A DNA stretch of 64,000 bases, from positions 32,001-96,000 of IMG/VR virus record IMGVR_UViG_3300010399_000033, one strand, 5' to 3'. This stretch comes from a virus. The notes under the pieces are model-generated. The model searched no databases and was not told where the DNA came from. It worked only from the letters and a program-made list of their open reading frames with translations. Below, piece after piece: positions 35,431 through 44,400 of this stretch; within the stretch, counting starts at the first letter, position 1, and every line of letters begins with the position of its first letter. A program made the position numbers and the translations under genes.

Positions 35431-35931
35431 ATGCAACGCAGAGCAATCCGACAGAGGCCTATCACCACTGAGCCAGAACCCGATGTCAGGGATGGCCGGA
35501 AGAATAACAAGGGCAATCCCAATTGGCATAAGGGCATGACTAAGCCGGAGGGATCCGGACGTAAGCCTGGCCAGGGGAATCGTGTGACCTCCAACCTGAA
35601 GACCGCGCTGATGATGGCAGCGGAACAGATTGGAGAGGATGGTGAGGGGCTGAACGGGCTGGTGGGGTTCCTCAAGCGATTGGAGATGCGGCACCCGCCG
35701 TCATTCGCCAGACTGCTTGCCATGCTCCTGCCGCTGCATATCCGTGGCGACTTCACGGAGCGGCCGGTGGAGGAGATCGACGAGAACACCAGTGTCCAGG
35801 ACGCGCTGGAACGCTACCTGCAGACCTTGCGTGCCCCGCCGGGCCAGCTGCCGGCACCGCGCGTGATCGAGCACGAGCCCGTGGATATGGCCAATGTGCG
35901 CCCTGAGAGGGCGAACGGGAGGACGCACTGA
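35431..35931 (+). CDS. Terminase small subunit (putative)
   Basis: NPNWHKGMTKPEGSGRKPGQGNRVT...P.SFARLLAMLLP; lies upstream of TerL. Confidence 0.72.
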   Translation: MQRRAIRQRPITTEPEPDVRDGRKNNKGNPNWHKGMTKPEGSGRKPGQGNRVTSNLKTALMMAAEQIGEDGEGLNGLVGFLKRLEMRHPPSFARLLAMLLPLHIRGDFTERPVEEIDENTSVQDALERYLQTLRAPPGQLPAPRVIEHEPVDMANVRPERANGRTH

Positions 35932-36389
35932 TGGCCACGGAACTGGAAACACTTCGCATACTCACTCTGCTGGACGCATTCCCTGACTCGCTCCCCGGAG
36001 GTCTTTCCGGCGCCCAGATCGGGAAGATACTCGACATGGGGCCCGGGACGCTCTACCCGGCATTGATGCGGCTGGAGATCGATAGAAAGGTCGTCAGCGA
36101 GTGGGCACAAGAGCCGTACCCACGACGGCGCCTCTATCGGATCTGCCGGGATGCCCAGAAAGCGGACAAGATCACACGGCTGCGTATCAGCATGGAGGGC
36201 GACCAGTTCATGGTCGACGATCCCAGCCTGACCGGCTCGCCGCCTGTCGGACGCGGCAAGACGATGATCGAGGCCATCGGCTCATTCGTTCACAATAACC
36301 AGGACCGTTTCGGCTTTGTTTTCGACGTCGATCCGTCAGCGGAGCACGCCGAGGAGGAACGCCGGGAAAGGGAGTTGGCGCGGCGATGA
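35931..36389 (+). CDS. PadR-like wHTH protein
   Basis: GAQIGKILDMGPGTLYPALMRLE...RRRLYRI. Confidence 0.75.
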   Translation: MATELETLRILTLLDAFPDSLPGGLSGAQIGKILDMGPGTLYPALMRLEIDRKVVSEWAQEPYPRRRLYRICRDAQKADKITRLRISMEGDQFMVDDPSLTGSPPVGRGKTMIEAIGSFVHNNQDRFGFVFDVDPSAEHAEEERRERELARR

Positions 36390-36718
36390 GGGCCACCGGA
36401 GCAATTCCCGCGATGGCGAGCAGCATGTCAGACCCCGAGGTGCTGGACGTTGTGGTGCGTGGCGGCGCCTGGCCGCAGCGCCGTACGTTCACGTTCGTCA
36501 CTGAGCGGACGTATCAGGGCGAGTCAGTCAAGCTGCGCGGCATTGCGCTCGTGCTCGGCGAATACGACATGCCCGACCTGCTGATCCCGGACGGCGCGCG
36601 CGGCTTTGTGGACGGCGACAACGGCAGCCGCTACGTCTATGTCCGCTTCCCGGTCTACCGTGGTGTGCGGGCGTCGGTACTGCGATCGCGCCTGATCTAC
36701 AGCTCAGATGTGCATTGA
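36386..36718 (+). CDS. Hypothetical protein
   Basis: ATGA coupling. Confidence 0.55.
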   Translation: MRATGAIPAMASSMSDPEVLDVVVRGGAWPQRRTFTFVTERTYQGESVKLRGIALVLGEYDMPDLLIPDGARGFVDGDNGSRYVYVRFPVYRGVRASVLRSRLIYSSDVH

Positions 36719-36763
36719 TGCGAGTCCTCGATCATTCGTGGTTTGATGAAGGGAAATGGTACG

Positions 36764-37006
36764 ATGAAGCACGCACGAGCTGATTACGATCCAATCCAGG
36801 ATCCACGCGGACTGATCCCGGACGACGAGCCGGTGATGTTGTTCCGTGCCCAGGACGAGAACTTCGGGGACGTCTGTATGTTCTATGCGGCGCGTTTGGA
36901 GAGCAAGGGCGGGGATCCCGAGATGATCCGGCGAGTGCGTGCGCACGCCAAGCTTGGCGCAGCGTGGCCGAACAAGAAGAAGCCTGATCTTGCGTCGAAT
37001 AGCTGA
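36764..37006 (+). CDS. Hypothetical phage protein
   Basis: IPDDEPVMLFRAQD motif. Confidence 0.7.
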   Translation: MKHARADYDPIQDPRGLIPDDEPVMLFRAQDENFGDVCMFYAARLESKGGDPEMIRRVRAHAKLGAAWPNKKKPDLASNS

Positions 37007-37039
37007 GAACGTGCCGTATATGATCGAGGTGTGAAGGCC

Positions 37040-37425
37040 TGCAAGTCCCCTGCCGATCTGCTGTGGGTTGGCATCGCTCAGTTGGTCGGCAGGGGTTTTC
37101 CCAAAGTTTCGTTGCGAGGCGTTTGTCGGCTGCCGTTAGCCCCCCGACACCCGAAGCCGGCAGGCGCCTCCAAAGGATCCGCCCGGGAGAGTCCGAACGT
37201 TCCGTGCCTACACCCCGGACGTTCTTGTGTGGGAAGCCAATGCCCCTTGCGCTTCCCCCGTCCCCCACTCCCGGGCGGATCCGTTCTTTTCGGATGGCAA
37301 TGACTGCGGCACCCGTCCAGGTAATGCGTACCCGCCGCAAAGCTTTGTCTCCGAGGTGTGGTCGGAGGGTCAGAATCCTCCCGGAGGCCCTCCGACCCAC
37401 TCCCCCTTCTCGCACCCGGAGCTTT
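37040..37425 (+). ncRNA. Candidate ~400-nt multi-domain structured RNA
   Basis: Consecutive 10-16 bp stems, including one with three G-U pairs on the plus strand; no credible ORF. Confidence 0.5.
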
Positions 37426-37507
37426 TGGCAATGCCACTCGCCGATTCTCCGATCTTCTCCGACAAGAAGCCGCCGTCCGCGCCTGAGACAGGTCGGGAGC
37501 ATGTGAC

Positions 37508-37785
37508 ATGAGCCAAGAGTTCGAGACTTGTGGCGGCTGTCCGACGCCCACGATCTGCTCGGCGTGGGGACGTCGCTCGTGCTCGGCAGCGCCAGTCGTC
37601 GACTTGGCCAAGTTCCGCGAGGCACGCAATGTGGTGATCGAGAAGTCGCGTGTGATGGGCGCGACCTGGGCGCGCAAGCAATCCCTCAAGGCGATCGCAG
37701 TCGGATCTATGACAAGCCAGCGCTCAAGTCGAGCACCAGCGTGTCGATGACCTATTTCGACGAGATCGAGTCCGAGGACGATTGA
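37508..37785 (+). CDS. Small Cys-rich protein carrying a terminase-like Walker A (and Walker B-like) peptide, apparent frameshift near 37703
   Basis: VIEKSRVMGATW versus TerL LVEKSREMGATW; the downstream frame ends ...MTYFDEIESEDD and overlaps the next start. Confidence 0.55.
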
Positions 37786-38012
37786 AGGCTCTGTGTGTCG
37801 AAGTGATCGGCGACATCTACGATGGAGCTGAGGTGGTGCTGACCGCGCCGATCCAGACCTTCTTTTCCGGACAGCCGAGAGAACTGCTCCCCGAGGGGAC
37901 GCGCGGTGTCTTCGTTGCGCGCAATGACGTTGACATCCAGGAAGTGGCGCCGGTGCGGATTGGAACATCGATCATTCTGGTGCCGTGGGCTCAGCTGGAG
38001 TGGGTGCAGTGA
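37782..38012 (+). CDS. Hypothetical protein
   Basis: TTG start after GAGGA. Confidence 0.55.
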   Translation: MKALCVEVIGDIYDGAEVVLTAPIQTFFSGQPRELLPEGTRGVFVARNDVDIQEVAPVRIGTSIILVPWAQLEWVQ

Positions 38013-38014
38013 GC

Positions 38015-38407
38015 ATGCGCTTTAAGCTGGGAGACAAGGTGCGGCTGATCGATGGTGGGCCCGGAGGCGAAGGCCTGGGCCCGGTCATGGAAGTAATTGT
38101 CCTGCATGCCGACAGCTTATACACATGCATTTGGAATAGCCCTGAGGGTGGTATGTTCAAGTCCGTGTACCACCATGACAGACTGGTGAGCGGCCCATAT
38201 CCCGCGCCAGCATGTATCGCGCCCATGCCCTGTCCGTCGACGCAGCACTTGGGTCCGTTCTCAGATGTTAGGCGAGCTAATGGAGAGCATGCGTTTCGCT
38301 GCGACTGTTGTCAGCAGACTGTCGGGCCGGAGTCTCCGACATTCGACGTGACGCGTCGGGCGATCATTCGTCTGTGCGCGCTCAAGCTGCACGCGAAAGC
38401 GTCGTAG
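38015..38407 (+). CDS. YodC/DUF2158-like protein
   Basis: FKLGDKVRLIDGGP...GPVMEV...YTCIW. Confidence 0.55.
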   Translation: MRFKLGDKVRLIDGGPGGEGLGPVMEVIVLHADSLYTCIWNSPEGGMFKSVYHHDRLVSGPYPAPACIAPMPCPSTQHLGPFSDVRRANGEHAFRCDCCQQTVGPESPTFDVTRRAIIRLCALKLHAKAS

Positions 38408-38567
38408 ATGACTCTGCCCGAATCCGTGCTTGTCGGCATACTGCTTGTGATCTTCCTGGTCGGATTGGGCCTGGTGCTTTCCGGACGTAGACGCTGATGT
38501 GGGACATGGCCATGGTGCTGGTTGTGCTTGTCGTGATCCTGTTCCTGTTGGGGCGTTGAAGCTTCCT

Positions 38568-38780
38568 ATGCCCGCACAGAAACGTGAGTGGTACGACCTC
38601 AAGCGCGTTTCACAATCGCCACTCGGTCCAGGAATGTCATGGCTCACGACTGCGGCGGTTCGCAGCTGCAATCTGTGCGGTGAGGCAATCGACGGCATGG
38701 GCGGCCCTGGTCGTTCGATCTGCATCGCTTGTGGCGACGATTTGCTGGCTGGTCGCTTGCGTGGTCTGGTGAAGCGATGA
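38568..38780 (+). CDS. Small Zn-finger protein
   Basis: CNLC...CIAC; coupled to TerL. Confidence 0.55.
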   Translation: MPAQKREWYDLKRVSQSPLGPGMSWLTTAAVRSCNLCGEAIDGMGGPGRSICIACGDDLLAGRLRGLVKR

Positions 38781-40531
38781 CCATTCGCCAGCGCATATCG
38801 CTCGACCCGCCGCGTACCGTGTGGGAGCGCGGCGACTGGCCGCCGGATTATGTCAAGGTGCTGGCATGGCGGCAGCAACAGCTTGTGCTGATCCGCGAGA
38901 ACGAGGAACTGAAGGAAGGCGCCCTCGCCTATTACAGCGACGAGGACCACATCTGCGACTTCATCAACCATTGGGCCGTGACCTATGACCCGCGGTTGGC
39001 GATGGACTTGAACCGACTGACCACAATGCCGTTCATCCTGTTCGGGCGACAGGAGCAGCTGGTCCAGTTCCTGGTCGAATGCCTGATGCTCCAGGAATCG
39101 GGGCTGGTCGAGAAGTCGCGCGAGATGGGTGCGACTTGGGTGTGCATCTGGGTGACCATCTGGCTATGGCGCTTCCGTCCTGGGTCAGCGACCGGCTGGG
39201 GCTCACGTGATCAGGACACGGTCGACCACATCGGAGACCCTGACTCAATCTTCGAGAAGATCCGCCGTAGCCTCGGCTATCTGCCGACTGAGTTCCTGCC
39301 ACGTGGGTTCAGCTTCCGCGACCACTGCTCGTTCATGCGGATCATCAATCCGGAGAACGAGGCGACCATCACCGGAGACTGCGGCGACAACATCGGCCGC
39401 GGCGGCCGCAAGCTCTGGTATCTGAAGGACGAGAGCAGCCATTACGTCCACCCCGAGAAGATCGAGTCGGCGCTGTCGGAGAACACGCGCTGTCAGATCG
39501 ACATCTCGTCGGTGGGCCCGCTGGGCAACGTGTTCAACCGTCGCCGCGAAGCTGGGTCGGACTGGGCGCCTGGAGTGCAGATCGAACATGGCCGCACGCG
39601 TGTGTTCGTCATGGACTGGCGCGACCATCCCGAGAAGGATCAGGCGTGGTACGATACCAAGCGGCAGAAGGCGGAGGCCGAGGGCCTGCTGCACGTCTTC
39701 GCTCGCGAGATCGACCGTGACTACGCCGGCTCGGTCGAAAGCGTCATCATCCCGGCTGAGTGGGTCAGGGCCTGCGTCGATGCGCACCTCAAGCTTGGAA
39801 TCGACGTCACAGGCGATCCGTGGCGCGCTGCACTCGATGTCGCTGACGGTGGCGGCGACACCAATGCGCTGAGCTTGGAGGAAGGCATCGTCCTGCGTCA
39901 GGTCAAGGAATGGGCTGCGCGCGATGTCGGCGTCACCACCCGCCATGTCGCCGAAGTGTGCGGTCCGTACGCGCCGATCGACGTGCAGTACGACTCGGTC
40001 AGCATCGGCGCAGCGGTCAAGGCAGAGATCAACCGGCTGATCGACGAGAACCAGCTGCCGAAGAACGTCCGCTTTGTGCCGTGGAACGGCGGACTCCCTC
40101 CAATCGATCCCGAGGGATATGTGATCCAGCTACCGAACGGGCAGCCCGACAAGAAATCGCCGAAGTGGAAAAGCTTCGCGCACAATCTCAAGGCTCAGGG
40201 TTGGTGGAAGATGCGGCGTCGCTGCCAGATCACTTTCCGCGCGGTGACCGAGCCTGGTTTCACCTGGGACCGCGAGGACCTGTTCTCGATTGACTCGCGC
40301 ATTCCCCTGCTGCAGAAGATCATCAAAGAGCTGTCGCAACCCACGCATGGTCTGTCGGCGACCATGAAGATGATCGTGAACAAGCAGCCCGAAGGCACCA
40401 AGTCGCCCAACATCGGCGACTCGGTCATGATGTGCAATCACCCGATCACCTCGGCCGGCATCAGGCAGATCCCCGACGCTGCGTTGAAATGGGCTGCCAT
40501 CGCCGGTGTAGCGCGCAGGGCAATCCGATGA
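38777..40531 (+). CDS. terL: Terminase large subunit
   Basis: KSREMGATW (Walker A), GRGGR...LKDE (Walker B), DISS, ALDVADGGGD, KSPNIGDSV nuclease motifs. Confidence 0.93.
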   Translation: MTIRQRISLDPPRTVWERGDWPPDYVKVLAWRQQQLVLIRENEELKEGALAYYSDEDHICDFINHWAVTYDPRLAMDLNRLTTMPFILFGRQEQLVQFLVECLMLQESGLVEKSREMGATWVCIWVTIWLWRFRPGSATGWGSRDQDTVDHIGDPDSIFEKIRRSLGYLPTEFLPRGFSFRDHCSFMRIINPENEATITGDCGDNIGRGGRKLWYLKDESSHYVHPEKIESALSENTRCQIDISSVGPLGNVFNRRREAGSDWAPGVQIEHGRTRVFVMDWRDHPEKDQAWYDTKRQKAEAEGLLHVFAREIDRDYAGSVESVIIPAEWVRACVDAHLKLGIDVTGDPWRAALDVADGGGDTNALSLEEGIVLRQVKEWAARDVGVTTRHVAEVCGPYAPIDVQYDSVSIGAAVKAEINRLIDENQLPKNVRFVPWNGGLPPIDPEGYVIQLPNGQPDKKSPKWKSFAHNLKAQGWWKMRRRCQITFRAVTEPGFTWDREDLFSIDSRIPLLQKIIKELSQPTHGLSATMKMIVNKQPEGTKSPNIGDSVMMCNHPITSAGIRQIPDAALKWAAIAGVARRAIR

Positions 40532-40716
40532 GCGCTGAGGGGCGATACAAGAAGCTGTTGGAGGCATTTAGCGAACTGCAGGCCGCAGCTCAGAAGGTCG
40601 TGGACGAGACTGACCGAATCCATGACAGCAGCCCATTTCCCGCGAAGTACCGGGCCCCTTATGGGGCGATTGTCGAGTTGCGGAAGCTTTTAGCAAAGCA
40701 GTATGGCGCGAGATGA
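40528..40716 (+). CDS. Hypothetical protein
   Basis: ATGA coupling. Confidence 0.55.
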   Translation: MSAEGRYKKLLEAFSELQAAAQKVVDETDRIHDSSPFPAKYRAPYGAIVELRKLLAKQYGAR

Positions 40717-40922
40717 GCACTGAGCCAAAGATCAGCGTTCGTGTGTCCGATGGCATTCCATCAGGGATGGTCGTGCTGACGCACAAGACGTGCGTACTGG
40801 CGGTGTGGACCGTGACCCATCTACACGAGCGCGGCCTTCCGGAGCTGTGCGACACTATCCATTATTCGGGCGCTGACATCAGCCTGGCCGAGGTCCAGCG
40901 TGTCATCCTGGAGATCGCATGA
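40713..40922 (+). CDS. Hypothetical protein
   Basis: ATGA coupling. Confidence 0.55.
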   Translation: MSTEPKISVRVSDGIPSGMVVLTHKTCVLAVWTVTHLHERGLPELCDTIHYSGADISLAEVQRVILEIA

Positions 40923-41335
40923 GCGGGCAGTTCGACGCGAAAGGCTTTCAGGAGTTCAAGGCGTCGCTTGCCGACAACGTTACGATGGGCGAAGCATGCG
41001 CCCGCTGGTATCGAATGTCCTATGGCGGCCGGCTTGCCTGGGGCGCGCGTGCGATCGGCGCTGTGAATGCCCCAGAACCGGAGGACGTGGTCATGGATGA
41101 CGAGAAGTGGACCCATGTGACGGTGCGTCTGCGTCCTGAGGAGCGCGCCTACCTTGAATCCGTGGCGGACCGGAACAGCATCAGCCTGTCGGCGCTCGGC
41201 CGCTCGATCATGGTGGACGCGATCGCCGAGGAGCGCGAGCGCGACAAGCGACTCGCTTCGCGAAAGTCGGCTGCCCCGGCGACCCCGGATGCACCCAAGG
41301 ACGTCCCCTCCCCTGTCGGTTCTACCGCAGATTAG
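40919..41335 (+). CDS. Ribbon-helix-helix-like protein
   Basis: THVTVRLRPEERAYLESVADRNSISLSALGRSIM. Confidence 0.6.
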   Translation: MSGQFDAKGFQEFKASLADNVTMGEACARWYRMSYGGRLAWGARAIGAVNAPEPEDVVMDDEKWTHVTVRLRPEERAYLESVADRNSISLSALGRSIMVDAIAEERERDKRLASRKSAAPATPDAPKDVPSPVGSTAD

Positions 41336-41459
41336 CATCGCCCGAGACGCCGCGCCCGTTGGCGCTGGCGGTCGCGCCTCACAATCCCCCATCCTCGACC
41401 CGAAAACGCACCAGCGGCGCCCGTAGCGCGCCCACGGGGCGGTTCGGTGGGAGTGCAAG

Positions 41460-44400
41460 ATGCTCGATCTCACCAAGGCAGCGAAGCGGCGCATACGCAG
41501 GCGTGCAATGCCTGCGATCTCGCGCACGCTGGTTGCGAGGGTCGCACAGCGCCGGAACGACGAGGTCGCGAGTGCGCGAGAGGCTGCGTACAAGACGATC
41601 TTCGCGCCGGCAGTTCACCCGCCGGGGTCGACGCCTGACAAGACATTGGCGCAGGACGAAGCCATCGGCGAGTCGCTGGCGTGGTCGGCGGGCAATGCTG
41701 TAGCCGCAGCTGGTGCGATCGCAATGTCCTCGGCTTACGCCGAGGGGATGGCATTCCCCGGTTACGCCTACTTGTCGATGCTGGCGCAGCGGCCCGAATA
41801 CCGCCGGATGTCGGAGATCCTGGCGCAGGAGATGACGCGTAAGTGGATCCGCCTGACCTCGTCCGCGTCGGACGACGACAAGCAGCGTGAGGTCAAGATC
41901 CGCCAGTTGGCTGACCTGATGGATCGAGTCAAGCTGCGCGATGCCTTCTGCACTGCTGCCGAGCATGACGGATACTTCGGACGAGGTCACCTGTTCATCG
42001 ACACCGGCACCGAGGACGACAACGAGCTGAAGACGTCGATTGGTGATGGTCGCTCGGAGCAGTCCAAGACCAGGGTCGGAACCAAGAACCCGGTCCGCGC
42101 GATCCGTCCGGTCGAGCCGGTGTGGGCCTATCCGATCGATTACAACAGCAACAATCCACTCAGCGCCAACTGGTATACGCCGAGCCGTTGGTACGTCATG
42201 GGCACTGAGACGCACGCCACGCGTCTGCTGACCTTCGCGAGCAGGCCGGTCCCCGACATGCTCAAGCCCGCCTATTCGTTCGGCGGACTCAGCCTGTCGC
42301 AGATGGCCAAGCCGTACGTCGACAATTGGCTGCGCACGCGCCAGTCGGTGTCGGACCTTGTCCACTCGTTCTCGGTTCAGGGGGTGAAGACCAATCTGCA
42401 GGATCTGCTGATGGCCGATGGCGATCAGCTGATGCGGCGGATCGAGCTGTTCAACCTGTGCCGCGACAACCGCGGTGCCATGCTGCTCGACAAGGAGACC
42501 GAGGAGTTCTTCAATGTCGTGACCCCGCTGGGCACGCTCGACCACCTGCAGGCACAGGCGCAGGAGCAGATGTCGTCGGTGTCCGGCATTCCGGTGGTCA
42601 AGCTGTTCGGCATTACGCCGTCAGGCTTGAACGCTAGCTCAGACGGCGAAGTGCGCACGTTTTACGACACCATCCTAGCCAAGCAGGAGCGGGTGTTCAG
42701 CTCACACCTGCGCACGGTGCTGTATTTCCTGCAGCTGTCGCTGTGGGACGAGGTCGATCCGTCGATCACCTTCAGCTGGGTGCCGCTGTGGTCGCTCGAC
42801 GCAGCCGGCGAGGCCGGCGTGCGTGAGACCGAGGCGCGTACCGACGCGACGCTGATCGATGCCGGTGTCATCCGTCCCGAGGAAAGCCGCAAGCGTGTGG
42901 CGTCCGATCCGTCCACGCCATACGCCTCGCTCGACGTCGACGACGTGCCGATCGACCCGGCCAATGTCCCCGACCTGGAGGAGATTCCGCCGGACCTCGA
43001 CGCCGCGGCTGGCGGTGGTGGCGGCAAGTCTGCGCCGGGCGGGAAAGGCAAAGGCGCGGGCGGAAAGCCGGCAGGGTCGCCGCAGGGCCCAGTCGACCAT
43101 GACGAGGCGGTGCCGGAGCTTGGGGACGACGACGAGGAAGAACTCGACGATCTGTCCGACATCATCCCCAAGACGCCGCGCGAGCTGCGCGAGCAGCGCC
43201 GGCCCATCCCGCCGGAGGACCGCACCGGTCTGCGCGCGACCCGCCCCCGCCCTCCCCGCGACGTGACCGCGCGCGATCTCCGCAATGACCGGCGTGCTGC
43301 CCGAGGCGCGAACCCGCGCGCTGCGATGGATGCCGAATTCAAGGAGTCGGACCACCCGCGGAAGGATGACGGTAAGTTTGGCTCTGGCAGCGGTGGAAGC
43401 GCCTCGGAACAAAAGAAGCACTACGTTCAGGACATCCCGACCACACGTGAGCTTGATGCCTACCAGAAAAGCGTCGATGCGCGGGTGGGAGAAATCGAGG
43501 CGGCTGGTGAGGATCACCCGGACAACAGGGAATACGCAGCGCTTGCGCACATGGCGACGGTGCTGGATGACTACAAAGCCACGCCATTGTCGCAGAAAGC
43601 CAACACGCGTGCTGCGTTCCTCGCGGGCAATGGCGGTGTCTTGGCCGCTGCCGGCATCATGCGCAATGTGAAGAAGGGCGGCACTGCGGAGATCACCAAT
43701 GTCGGAAGCCTGGAGAAGGGTGGCGGCACTCTGGTCATGCAGAAGCTGGTGTCGGCAGCACGTGAGAAAGGTGTGCGCGCGATCGATCTGACATCGGAAG
43801 CGCGCGAGTTCTACACGAAGCTTGGCTTCAAGCCGGTGGGCGGTGAGGGCAGCAGCAAGATGCGCCTGGCCCTAGACGAATCCAAGTTCAACGAGATGGA
43901 CCATCCGCGTGATGCAGACGGCAAGTTCACCTCGGGCGGCGGCGGTGGCAAATCCGGCGGAGCTGATCCCGACGAGGTCAGCGCAGTCTCCAAGCTGGGA
44001 AAGACTATCCTGAGCAAAGCCAAGTCAGCTAAGACGGGCAATGAATTCTGGGAATCGTTGACCCAGTCCGAGACAGACCATATTGCGGACCATCCGGTGC
44101 TTGGGCCGATGCCTGTCGATGCGATATTCAAGCATGCACAGAAGGTGGATGTTGCATCCGTCAGCCAGTCGATCATTGACAAGGCCAAATTGGCCAAGAC
44201 GGGAACGGAGTTTGCACAACAGCTGACCAGTGCCGAGATCCAGGAGCTTGTAGAGGATCCTAAGTACGAAAAGATGGACTGGCATGACATCATGGCGGAC
44301 CTTGGCGCGGGGTCCAAGCCGGCGGTCAGCCAGGGGATCATGGATAAGGTCGCGGCGGCGAGCAGCTGGAAGCAGTTTGCGAACTCGCTGAGCGACGAGC

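Noticed and set aside
41460-42950. Calling the DUF1073 protein an anti-CBASS Acb1 nuclease
   Set aside because: No pair of HxT/S 2H-phosphoesterase motifs was recognised in the extension. The N-terminal domain is a portal by motif and by position after TerL.
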